From Planctomycetota bacterium (GTDB lineage: Bacteria; Planctomycetota; B15-G4; SIAN01), in assembly GCA_031409275.1 (NCBI GenBank), contig JANNXA010000010.1, positions 128,001-192,000 of the forward strand: DNA of 64,000 nt, written 5' to 3'. Of the stretch, positions 19,955 to 28,964 are shown one piece after another (within the stretch, counting starts at the first letter, position 1; the number at the start of each line of letters is the position of its first letter). The position numbers and the translations under genes are program-made. Under the pieces are notes generated by a model. The model made no database searches. It was not told where the DNA came from and was given only the letters and a program-made list of their open reading frames with translations.

Positions 19955-20907
19955 ACCGCAGCGTGCGCGACGCTCGCCGCGCCGACACGCGCGGCCTCTG
20001 GCTGATGGTCGCGTCGGCGGCCTGCTTCGCGGCGATGGCCCCCTTCTCGCGCCGCTGGCTCCAGGCGATCGAGCCGCAGAGCATCGTGCTCGCACGCGCG
20101 GTCGTGATGACCGGCGTCTTCGTCGCGTGGGCCGCGCTGCGCCGCATCGACCTGCGCGGACACGATCGGCGCGGGCTGCTGCTGCGCGGCGTGGTCGGAT
20201 GGCTGGCGATCAGCTGCTACGTCTGGTCGACGCAGCACCTGCCTTCGGGACAGGCGGTGCTGTTGCAGTACAGCCATCCGGTCTTCGTTGCGTTGCTCGC
20301 GCCGTGGCTGCTGCGCGAACGGCCGGGACCGATGCACTGGCCGCTGGTCCTGGCCGGGCTCGTCGGGCTGTGCATCGCGCTGGAGGTGGCGCACGAGTTC
20401 GACCGAGCCGCGACGATCGGGCTGGTCGGCGCGCTGCTCTCGGGCATCGCCTACCTCACCGTACGGCGCATCTCGGCCACCGAACGGCCGCTCACCATCG
20501 TCTTCTGGTTCTCCTGGGTGATGCTGCCGTGCTCGCTCGCGAGCTTCGCGCTGCCCGACTCGCTGATCGACGCACTTGCCGCGAGCGTCGGCGCGTTGCC
20601 GGAAACTGCGCTCGCGGCCGCGGAGCGTCACGTGTTGCCGCGAACCGGCGGCGAGTGGCTCGGCTACGCCGGGGTCGTCGTGGCCGGTCTGATCGGGCAG
20701 GTGACGCTGACGGAGGGGTTGAAGCGCGCCGGAGCCGCTCGCGCGGTCGCGGTGACAATGGTCGGCCCGCTGTTCGGCATCGCCTTCGACCAGCTCTTCT
20801 TCCGCCGCGCGCCCACCCCGCTGGTGCTGGCGGGGACGCTGCTGGTCGTCACCGCGGTCGTGCTCCTCGCCTTCTTCAAGCCTGCGCCGGCCACCGTCGA
20901 CGGATGA
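19951..20907 (+). CDS. DMT/EamA family transporter
   Basis: About 10 TM segments; 'LLLRGVVG', 'P.FVALLAPWLLRE'; ATGA overlap with the upstream gene. Confidence 0.85.
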   Translation: MNRSVRDARRADTRGLWLMVASAACFAAMAPFSRRWLQAIEPQSIVLARAVVMTGVFVAWAALRRIDLRGHDRRGLLLRGVVGWLAISCYVWSTQHLPSGQAVLLQYSHPVFVALLAPWLLRERPGPMHWPLVLAGLVGLCIALEVAHEFDRAATIGLVGALLSGIAYLTVRRISATERPLTIVFWFSWVMLPCSLASFALPDSLIDALAASVGALPETALAAAERHVLPRTGGEWLGYAGVVVAGLIGQVTLTEGLKRAGAARAVAVTMVGPLFGIAFDQLFFRRAPTPLVLAGTLLVVTAVVLLAFFKPAPATVDG

Positions 20908-20975
20908 AGCGCTACCCCAAGCACTCGAGGTCGCGCTATGGTGCCGCACCGATTCGCACCGTCGAGGGAACCCAC

Positions 20976-21485
20976 ATGCCTGCTGCTCGCCCCGCATTGA
21001 ATTCGCCGCTCACCCTGGCCGACCTCCGCCGCGCCCTTGACGACAAGGAGCGCGAGCTCCACGAACTGTGCGAGCGCAAGGAAGCGCTGGCGCGCGACCT
21101 CGACGAGATCGGCGAGACGTTGCAGGCGATGCTGGCCGGCGGCCACTCGGCGCCCGGCCGCAGCACGTCACTGCCCGCCGCGAAGTCGGCCGCTCCGGCC
21201 GCGCGTGCCCCCCGCCGCAAGGTCGAGCAGGAGAGTGGCGCGCTTCCTCGTGCTGGCCGCGAAGGGACCCTTCCGACCTTCATCCGCGCCGTCCTCGAGC
21301 GCGTGGTCGGGCCGCTGCGCGTCAGCGAGATCGTCGAAGCCGTTCGTCAAGCGGGCTATGCATCGAAGAGCGAGAACCTGAACATCATCGTGTCGAACCG
21401 CTTGAGCCAGATGGACGACATCGAGAAGGTCGAGCGCGGCCTCTACCAGTTGCGCCGCGGCGACGCGATCGACGCGACGAGCTGA
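20976..21485 (+). CDS. Coiled-coil + basic linker + winged-helix DNA-binding protein
   Basis: N-terminal heptads (LDDKERELHELCERKEALARDLDEI), Ala/Pro/Arg linker, C-terminal 'LPTFIRAVL...PLRVSEIVEAVRQAGY.SKS......RL....IEKVERGLYQL'. Confidence 0.7.
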   Translation: MPAARPALNSPLTLADLRRALDDKERELHELCERKEALARDLDEIGETLQAMLAGGHSAPGRSTSLPAAKSAAPAARAPRRKVEQESGALPRAGREGTLPTFIRAVLERVVGPLRVSEIVEAVRQAGYASKSENLNIIVSNRLSQMDDIEKVERGLYQLRRGDAIDATS

Positions 21486-21504
21486 CCCTAGCCACGCGAA
21501 GCCG

Positions 21505-22650
21505 TCACGCATCCGCGCGGCGGCAGAGTTCCTGCAAGGCGATCCCGCGGCAGTCGCCGCACTCGGCGACGCCCGCCGTGTACTGGGCAAGACAGCGCGG
21601 GCAATAGAGCCGCTCGGCGTTCGAAAGCGGCGGCGGCGGCGCCAACAGTTGCGCCTCGTCGAAGCCGGCCGCGCGAGCCGCGTCCCGCAACGCCTCGGCC
21701 CACGCGGCGGCGAAATCTCGCGAAGTCGCCGCTGCCTCCTGCGTCGCGCTCGAGTCGATCCGCGGCGTCATCGCCATCCGCAGTTCGCGCGCGAGCGCGG
21801 CGCTTGCCTGCTCGCGCGGGGTCGCGGCGAGAAGCGCCGCCACCGGATGGAAGCGCGCCAACAGCGGCCGCCCAAGCGCATCGAGCGCACGCACCGCCTG
21901 CAGCGGAGCGAGCGCGAAGGCGACGGCGTGGCGGCGGCGCTCGCGGACACGAGCGGGGTAGAGGCGCCGATGCGCTCGTACGAAGAGCGCGATCACCCAC
22001 GCGCTGTGGAGCGCGATCCCGGCCACCAGCCACGGCCACGCCGTCAGCAGGCCGAACGTGGCGGCGGCCGCCGGCAGCGCCACCGCCCACCACAGGAACG
22101 CGGCGTTGCACGCGACGCGCAATCCCGCGCTCGCCGACTCGAACGACTCGAGAGCCCGATCTGCGGCGGCGACGTCGAGCTTCTCCGACAGGCGTCGCGC
22201 GCGCGCCGCGCTGCGTGCACCCGCTGCGAGCGCCGCCAACTCCTGCAGCTCGCGCGCCGCCGACGCGGCCTCGTCGGGAGAGTCGCAGCGCACTCGCGTC
22301 GCGGCATCGAGGAGCAGGTCGTGGCCGTCGCTTCGCGGAGCGAAGTCGGCCGCGAACTCGATTCGCTTCGTGCCCGCGACCACTCCCTGCTCGCCGTCGA
22401 GCGCGACCACACCGCGCTCGTCGAAGGCGGCCACGAAGGCGCTGGTGACGTGGACTCGACCCAGCGTCGGCAGCCAGGGCGCGAGCACGATGCCGACCCG
22501 TTCGTTGCCAAGCAGCTCGGCAGGGCGCAGCGCGCGATAGTCCCGGCCGCGCCAGGCGCGCAGGACGGTGGCGCGACGCGGCACGACCAGCAACGCTTCC
22601 CAGAACGCGATGGCGGCCAGGACCGCGAAGAGCTCTTGCGTCGGGCTCAT
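21505..22650 (-). CDS. Hypothetical membrane protein with C-terminal zinc ribbon
   Basis: Several TM segments; terminal YCPRC...CGDC. Confidence 0.65.
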   Translation of the reverse strand: MSPTQELFAVLAAIAFWEALLVVPRRATVLRAWRGRDYRALRPAELLGNERVGIVLAPWLPTLGRVHVTSAFVAAFDERGVVALDGEQGVVAGTKRIEFAADFAPRSDGHDLLLDAATRVRCDSPDEAASAARELQELAALAAGARSAARARRLSEKLDVAAADRALESFESASAGLRVACNAAFLWWAVALPAAAATFGLLTAWPWLVAGIALHSAWVIALFVRAHRRLYPARVRERRRHAVAFALAPLQAVRALDALGRPLLARFHPVAALLAATPREQASAALARELRMAMTPRIDSSATQEAAATSRDFAAAWAEALRDAARAAGFDEAQLLAPPPPLSNAERLYCPRCLAQYTAGVAECGDCRGIALQELCRRADA

Positions 22651-22675
22651 CGCTGCGCACCGGCGTCCGCCGTCG

Positions 22676-23611
22676 TCACGGCGAGTCGGGCCTCTTGCTG
22701 CGCCCGGTGACGTATCGCCACACCGCGCCCGCACCCGCGACCACGGCGATCACGATGACTTTCGCGAACTTCGCCAGCTTGCCGAGCAATCCGAGCTTCC
22801 ACGCCGCGGCGGCTGCGCCTCCGACCACGAGCCCGGTGATGCCGAACTCGGCGATCGGATCGCCCTGCTTCCACTCCGCGTAGCGCTTGCCCTCGACGAA
22901 CTCGAAACCGGCCAGGAGCTCCCTGAACGGAGGCAGTGCGACCTCGACGTCTTCGGGCCGGCACAGCAGCGTCACGCTCATGAACCCGAAGCGACCGAGC
23001 ACCTTGACCAGGTAGTTGATCGACTCCCCCGATGGCGAGCGCACCAGGAGCCCCCATTCGAGGTTGTGGGTGACCGGGTCGTAGTGCGGGGGCGTCGTGA
23101 AACGCACGAGCTCGAGCGGCTCGAAGCCGCGCTTCTTGCGTTGCTCGTTGGCCTCCTCCTCCCCCTCCTTCATCTGCTCGAAGAGCTCTTCGGCGTCGAG
23201 CTTCTCGTCATCCTCCACCTTGCCGACTTCCGCCCACTCGAAGAGCGCCTGCCAATCTCCGGCACCTTCGGCCGTCGGCTCGACCAGGCCGAGCTCGCTG
23301 CCGTCGGTCAGGTTGCCCCAGTGTTCGAGGAGCTTGCGCGCGCCGACCCCGCCGGTGAACGCGTAGTCCGGTGGCACCCGAATCGTGGCGGCGCCGCCGA
23401 GCTTCCCGACCAGCGGCCCGTCCTCCCACGCGATGCTCGCGCGAACCTCGAGTTCCTGCGCGAGCGCCTTCTCGATCGCGGCCTCGTCGCCCGTCGGGTC
23501 GGTCGCTTCAACCTCCTGCGCGACGAGCGGCGGCGACGCCAAGTTCATCAAGAGGCTCGCCATGCACCACGCGAGCGGACACCACCGAGCAAGGGAAGCG
23601 GGCGCGGTCAT
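22676..23611 (-). CDS. DUF2167 family membrane-anchored protein
   Basis: 'PPHYDPVTHNLEWG', 'INY.VKVLGR.G', 'F.EGKRYAEW..GD.IAEFGITGLVVGG...KLGL'. Confidence 0.85.
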   Translation of the reverse strand: MTAPASLARWCPLAWCMASLLMNLASPPLVAQEVEATDPTGDEAAIEKALAQELEVRASIAWEDGPLVGKLGGAATIRVPPDYAFTGGVGARKLLEHWGNLTDGSELGLVEPTAEGAGDWQALFEWAEVGKVEDDEKLDAEELFEQMKEGEEEANEQRKKRGFEPLELVRFTTPPHYDPVTHNLEWGLLVRSPSGESINYLVKVLGRFGFMSVTLLCRPEDVEVALPPFRELLAGFEFVEGKRYAEWKQGDPIAEFGITGLVVGGAAAAAWKLGLLGKLAKFAKVIVIAVVAGAGAVWRYVTGRSKRPDSP

Positions 23612-23668
23612 CGTGAGACTCCAGGGATCGAATGGAGATCGGGAGTTTCGGCAGCGCGTGCGGCTCGC

Positions 23669-25822
23669 TCAGCCTTCGCAACGCTGCGCGAGGATCTCCG
23701 CGACGCGAACGACCAGGTCAACCCGGGTGAGTGGCTTGTGCAGGAACGAGTGTGCGTCGGCGCGGACGCCACGGCGCAGCACATCATCGTCCGTGTATCC
23801 CGAGACGAACAGGACCGGAACCTTGGCGTGCAGCCGGCGCACCTCTTCCGAGAGTTCGCGGCCGCCAAGTCCCGGCATCACGACGTCGGTGACCAGCAGG
23901 TCGAGCGTTGGCAGCTTCCGCGCGACGTCCAACGCGTCGCGCCCGTCGTGGGCGGTGACGACTTCGTGACCGGCGAGCTCGAGCCAGCGTTTGAGCAGCG
24001 GGCGCACCGCGTCATCGTCCTCGACCAGCAGCACTCGCGCGCTCGGCGCGGTCGGCGCGAGCGCCGCGGCATCGACTCGACCCCGGTCCGCTGCGGAAGC
24101 GCCAGCCGCCGCGGCGGGCAATTCGCAACAAGGGAAGCGCACACAGACCTGCGTGCCCTGCGCTGGAGCGCTTTCGATCGTCACGGTGCCTTGGGCGCCG
24201 TCCACGATCGCCTTGACCGTCGCCAACCCGATGCCGGAGTGGCGACCGTCCTCCTTGGTGGTGAAAAAGGGCTCGAACACACGCGCCAGCGTCGCGGCGT
24301 CCATGCCACTGCCGCTGTCGGCAACGCGCAGCTCCACCGCCGGTCGCTCGCGAAGCTGCGTCGCCGCGACCGAGATGGAGAGGCGGCCACCGGTCGGCAT
24401 CGCCTGGCGAGCGTTGATCGCGAGATTCAGCACGACCTGCGTCAGCTGCGCCGCATCGAGATGAACGCTGCCGCTGCCGCGGCGAGCGTCGATGGTCAGC
24501 GCGACGTCTTCGCCGATCAACCGGCGCAACAAGCCCCCCATCCCGTCGATCGCCGACGCCAAGTCGAGCGCGACCGGGACGACGAGCTGCCGACGCGTGA
24601 AGGCCAGGAGCTGTCCGACGAGCTGCGCGGCGCGCTCGGCCGCCGAGCGGATCTCCTCTGCGTTCAGCCGGACGTCATCGGCTGCTCCGCTTCCGTCGAG
24701 CAGGAGCTCCGTCGTGCCGAGCACGACGGTGAGGATGTTGTTCAGGTCGTGGGCGATGCCGCCCGCCAGCCGCCCCATCGCCTCGATGCGCTGCGATTCG
24801 CGCTGATGATCCTCGAACTCCTTTCGATCGGTGATGTCGAGGGCGAGGCTCACGTAGCCGAGGAAGCGGCCCGCGCCGTCGCGTCGCGCCACGCCGCGAT
24901 CGATCCACCAGCGCCAGCTGCCATCCTTGCGACGGATGCGGTATTCGAGCTCGAAGGGAAGCAGGTCGCGAGAGGCGCGTTGGTGCTCGGCGATCACGCG
25001 GGTCGCGTCGTCGGGATGGAGCCGATCGGCCCACGCCTCGAACGATCCATCGCGCCCGTCGGCGAAATCGCGCCACGCGCGATTGGCGAAGACGAGTGCG
25101 CCGGAGGCATCGGTGACCGCGAGCGCCATCGGCAGCTCGTCCGTGATCCGGCGGAAACGCTCCTCGCTCTCCTCCAGCCGCGCGCGCGACTCGGAGGCGG
25201 CGTTCTCCCTTCGGGACGATTCGCGCAACAGGGACAGCAGCAGCACGACGGCGAACAGCCCCGCGGCCGACACGCCCCACAACGAGAGGCTGCGTTCGTC
25301 GATGGCGAACTCGACCCCGACGACCTTGTCGACCGCTTCGCTTCCGAGTCGCTCGAGCTCGAGCTGCAACGCGCGCCCCGACCGCCGCACCTGGTGCAGC
25401 GGCTCGACATCGCCGCCGCGTCCGAGGAACGCCGTCCTCAACGCCTCGTGGTCCTTCACGAACCGATCGAGAAGAGGCGCCACGCTGGCGCGCGCGGCGA
25501 TCGCGAAGTCGCCGCTGCCATCGACGACGCGCCCGCTCACCAACTGCTCGCGAAACGCCACATCGAGCGACGGCGCGGGCGCTGCGGAGTCGTACCAGGC
25601 GCGATCCGCCTCATCGAGCGCGGCCGAGATCCCGGTTGCCGTGGACTGCAGCTGACTCATCGCGCACAGCAAGGTCCGCACCCCGGCGTGCTCGCGATCG
25701 CTGCGCACGTCGACGGCGATGCCCCAACACGCCGCACCAATCCAGAGGACGACTGCCGCCGCCAGCAGGTTGCGGCGAGCGAAACGGAAGCGTGGTTCCG
25801 GATGCGTGGTCTCGTCGGGCAT
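23669..25822 (-). CDS. Hybrid sensor histidine kinase (TM sensor-PAS-HisKA-HATPase-REC)
   Basis: PAS/PAC (HPDD, EYRIRRKDGSWRW); H-box GGIAHDLNN; NLAINA; DSGSGM; FEPFFTTK; GIGL; REC 'LLVEDD...DVVMP...KP'. Confidence 0.93.
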   Translation of the reverse strand: MPDETTHPEPRFRFARRNLLAAAVVLWIGAACWGIAVDVRSDREHAGVRTLLCAMSQLQSTATGISAALDEADRAWYDSAAPAPSLDVAFREQLVSGRVVDGSGDFAIAARASVAPLLDRFVKDHEALRTAFLGRGGDVEPLHQVRRSGRALQLELERLGSEAVDKVVGVEFAIDERSLSLWGVSAAGLFAVVLLLSLLRESSRRENAASESRARLEESEERFRRITDELPMALAVTDASGALVFANRAWRDFADGRDGSFEAWADRLHPDDATRVIAEHQRASRDLLPFELEYRIRRKDGSWRWWIDRGVARRDGAGRFLGYVSLALDITDRKEFEDHQRESQRIEAMGRLAGGIAHDLNNILTVVLGTTELLLDGSGAADDVRLNAEEIRSAAERAAQLVGQLLAFTRRQLVVPVALDLASAIDGMGGLLRRLIGEDVALTIDARRGSGSVHLDAAQLTQVVLNLAINARQAMPTGGRLSISVAATQLRERPAVELRVADSGSGMDAATLARVFEPFFTTKEDGRHSGIGLATVKAIVDGAQGTVTIESAPAQGTQVCVRFPCCELPAAAAGASAADRGRVDAAALAPTAPSARVLLVEDDDAVRPLLKRWLELAGHEVVTAHDGRDALDVARKLPTLDLLVTDVVMPGLGGRELSEEVRRLHAKVPVLFVSGYTDDDVLRRGVRADAHSFLHKPLTRVDLVVRVAEILAQRCEG

Positions 25823-25893
25823 GAGGGGGAAGAGCTTGCCGAGGCACCGCTTCTACGTAAATGGGTCGATCATGACCGCGTGTTGGAAGCAGC

Positions 25894-26508
25894 TCACCTG
25901 CGGTCCTTAGCCCTCGCATCGAACAAACCGCGCCTCTGCAGCTCCCCGCGCAACTGCACGGCGTCCTGGAAACGAACGGCGTCGAACCCCAGTCGCCGGG
26001 CCGTCTGGACGTTTCGTTCGACATCGTCGACGAAGAGGCAATCCCGCGGCCCGACCTCCAGCGTCCGCAAGGCGTGGAGATAGGCCTCCGGATCGGGTTT
26101 GCGACGGCGAGTAGCACAGGAGACGAACGTCCAGTCGGCAAAACGCGACAGACTCGTCCTTGCTTCGACCCGCCGCCACCACTCGGGATAGTTGCTGAAC
26201 AGGTGGGGTCGACGCCCCACCGCGTTCAAGTCGGCGAGCAGTGGCTCGATGCCCGGCAGCAGCCGGAATCCCTCCTCGAACGTGCTCAGCAATCTGGCGT
26301 GATCATAGGCGCGGCCATCGGCGAAGAATTGCGGCAGGAATTCCTCTTCGGTGAGATCGCCAAGCTCGAAGTCGATCCACGCGCTCGGATGCTTGGCGCG
26401 CAGGATCTCCTCGAATGGGAGTGCCAGCGCGCGTGGCAGATCGTCGTAGAACGGGTCGTGTACCAAGGTGCCCATCACGTCGAACAACAGTGTCGTCGGA
26501 GTGTCCAT
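25894..26508 (-). CDS. HAD-superfamily phosphatase, FHY1 (FMN hydrolase)-like
   Basis: LLFDVMGTLVHDPFY, KHPSAWIDFE.G, SNY, KPDP, FVDD..NV. Confidence 0.8.
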   Translation of the reverse strand: MDTPTTLLFDVMGTLVHDPFYDDLPRALALPFEEILRAKHPSAWIDFELGDLTEEEFLPQFFADGRAYDHARLLSTFEEGFRLLPGIEPLLADLNAVGRRPHLFSNYPEWWRRVEARTSLSRFADWTFVSCATRRRKPDPEAYLHALRTLEVGPRDCLFVDDVERNVQTARRLGFDAVRFQDAVQLRGELQRRGLFDARAKDRR

Positions 26509-26554
26509 GACCGCGATCGTAGGCTCCCTCGTCGGCGACGCGAGGAACGGGACG

Positions 26555-28936
26555 ATGCGCAAGTGGTCGCGAGGCGTGCGCGGGACGCGGGCCGTCTGGC
26601 TCCTGCTCGTCGTTGCGTGCACCACGCCGCCTGCGGTCGATCGCCCCGAGCGCGCCTACTCCAGCTTCCGAGAGGCGCTGCGGCTCGACGCGCTCCACCT
26701 CGAATTGCCGGCCCTCGCGATCGCCATCGTCGATCGAGACTCGATCCTCTTCGAGGAGGCGATGCGGCGCGCGCCAGCCGACGGAGCCGCTGCCGAAGTC
26801 GCAGCGCTCGAGCCGCTGCCGGCGGACGCCCGCTTCCGCGCCGGATCGGTCAGCAAGATGTTCACGGCGATGGCGCTGCTGCAACTCGTCGAGGAAGGGC
26901 GACTCGACCTCGACGCACCCGTCGCCACGGCGCTGCCCGGATTCGCGCCGGCGAACCCCTTCCCGACCTCGCCCACCGTCCGTCAGCTCCTCGCGCACGA
27001 CTCCGGACTCGTACGCGAGCCGCCGCTCGGCAGCTACTTTGACGCCGCCACCCCATCGCTCGCCGCCACCGTCGAAAGCCTGAATGCGACGACGCTCGTC
27101 GACGCGCCGGGAACACGGACCAAGTACAGCAATGCGGCGGTCAGCGTCGCCGGCCGCCTCCTCGAAGTCGCGGGTGGCGCCCCGTTCGCCGAGGTGATGA
27201 GCGAGCGCGTGCTCGTGCCACTGGGCATGGCCGACAGCGCGTTCGGCGGCGACCCGTCGCGACTGGTGCCGGCAGCGATGTGGAGCTTCCACGGCGAGCC
27301 GTTCGCGGCGCCCACCTTCCCGTTCGGCATCGCCCCGGCCGCCAGCCTCGAGACAACGCTGCGAGATCTCGCCGTCGCAGCACAGGCGCTGCTGCGTGGC
27401 GGGCGCGAAACCGGCGGCGTACCGCTCGGCGCCGCCGCGTTCGCCGAGATGACGCGGCCGCAGGGTCCGGCGGGCCGTCACGGCGCATTCGGCTTCGGCC
27501 TCTGGATCGACACCTTCGAAGGAATGCGTCGCATCGGCCACGACGGCGCGGTCTACGGCTTCACGACGCAGCTGACGCTGCTTCCCGAGGAAGGGCTCGG
27601 CGTGGTGGTCCTCGCGGCGAAGGACTGCGTGCTGCCGTGGGTTCAGCGGATGACCGACGAGGCGCTGCGCCTCGCGCGCGCGGCACGGGATGGCCGCGCC
27701 GCGCCGTTGCTGGCAGAGCGCGCCGAGCAACCCTTCCCGGACCGCGCTCGCTGCGCCGGCCGATGGCGACAGGTCGACGGCCACGACGTCGTGGAGCTGA
27801 TCGTGCAGCGCGGAGAGTTGTGGCTCCACGACGAGGGCGCGCGCATCCGCGTCGTTCGCGGCGGCGATGGCGCGCTGCGCCGCGACGACCCCAAGCGCCT
27901 CTTCGCGCCGCTCACGGTGAGCGAGCTGCCGCAGGGCGACCTCGAACTCGAGATCGACGGCACCCGCTACCGCCGCGAAGCCGCGCCGCGACCGAGGCCC
28001 GCGCCGCCCGAGTGGCGCAAACTGCTCGGCGAGTATGGCTTCGACCACAACGTGCTGTGGATCCGCGAGGTCGAAGGCGAGCTGCATGCGCTCGTCGAGT
28101 GGTTCTTCGACTACGCAGTGAAACCGGCCGGCGCCGACCGATTCGACTTCCCCGACTTCGGCCTCTACCAGCGCGAGGCGCTGCGGTTCGTGCGCAGCGC
28201 CAACGGCGAGATCTCCGGAGTCGAGATGGCGGGCGTCTGGTTCCCGCGCCGCGCGATCGAACCGCCCGCCGGTGCGCCGTTTCGGGTGACGCCGACCGCG
28301 CCGCTCGCCGATCTGATGGCGCAAGCCGCGGCCGCGACGCTGCCGCCCGCGCTCGCAACGGCGAGGCGATCCGCCGATCTCGTCGACCTCGCCGCGTTCG
28401 TCCCCGGCCTGCGCTTCGACGTGCGATACGCGACGGAAGACAACTTCCTCGGCGCCGCGGTCTACGCCAGTGCGCGCGCCTTCCTGCAGCGTCCCGCCGC
28501 TGAAGCGCTGCGCCGCGTGCAGGAGGAGCTCGCGCGGCAAGGCTTCGGGTTGATCGTGCACGACGGCTATCGGCCGTGGCGCGTCACCAAGCTCTTCTGG
28601 GAGGCGACGCCACCCGAACTGCGCGCGATGGTCGCCGATCCGCAGCAGGGCTCGCGTCACAACCGCGGCTGCGCCGTCGATGCCTCGCTATGCGAGCTCA
28701 CGACCGGCGCGCCGCTGCCGATGCCAAGCAGCTACGACGAGTTCAGCGCGCGGGCCAATCCGTGGTATCCGGGCGGCAGCAGCGAGGAGCGCTTCGCTCG
28801 CGACACCCTGCGACGCGCCTTCGAGGCGGCGGGCTTCGCCGTGCACGACCACGAGTGGTGGCACTTCGACTTCGAAGGCTGGCGTGAGTGGCCGGTCCTC
28901 GATCGCACGTTCGAGCAGCTCGATGGCGCACGCTGA
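26555..28936 (+). CDS. Serine hydrolase (beta-lactamase family) fused to D-Ala-D-Ala dipeptidase (VanX/DdpX, M15D); probable lipoprotein
   Basis: LVVAC lipobox-like; SVSK, YSN, HDG; C-terminal 'YAT.DNF.G', DGYRP, SRHNRGCAVD, EWWHFD. Confidence 0.88.
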   Translation: MRKWSRGVRGTRAVWLLLVVACTTPPAVDRPERAYSSFREALRLDALHLELPALAIAIVDRDSILFEEAMRRAPADGAAAEVAALEPLPADARFRAGSVSKMFTAMALLQLVEEGRLDLDAPVATALPGFAPANPFPTSPTVRQLLAHDSGLVREPPLGSYFDAATPSLAATVESLNATTLVDAPGTRTKYSNAAVSVAGRLLEVAGGAPFAEVMSERVLVPLGMADSAFGGDPSRLVPAAMWSFHGEPFAAPTFPFGIAPAASLETTLRDLAVAAQALLRGGRETGGVPLGAAAFAEMTRPQGPAGRHGAFGFGLWIDTFEGMRRIGHDGAVYGFTTQLTLLPEEGLGVVVLAAKDCVLPWVQRMTDEALRLARAARDGRAAPLLAERAEQPFPDRARCAGRWRQVDGHDVVELIVQRGELWLHDEGARIRVVRGGDGALRRDDPKRLFAPLTVSELPQGDLELEIDGTRYRREAAPRPRPAPPEWRKLLGEYGFDHNVLWIREVEGELHALVEWFFDYAVKPAGADRFDFPDFGLYQREALRFVRSANGEISGVEMAGVWFPRRAIEPPAGAPFRVTPTAPLADLMAQAAAATLPPALATARRSADLVDLAAFVPGLRFDVRYATEDNFLGAAVYASARAFLQRPAAEALRRVQEELARQGFGLIVHDGYRPWRVTKLFWEATPPELRAMVADPQQGSRHNRGCAVDASLCELTTGAPLPMPSSYDEFSARANPWYPGGSSEERFARDTLRRAFEAAGFAVHDHEWWHFDFEGWREWPVLDRTFEQLDGAR

Positions 28937-28964
28937 CAAGCGATCTTGCCGTTGAGCCGCCGCG

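Noticed and set aside
28330..28936. Vancomycin resistance cluster
   Set aside because: VanX-like domain only; no vanA/vanH ligase or dehydrogenase nearby.
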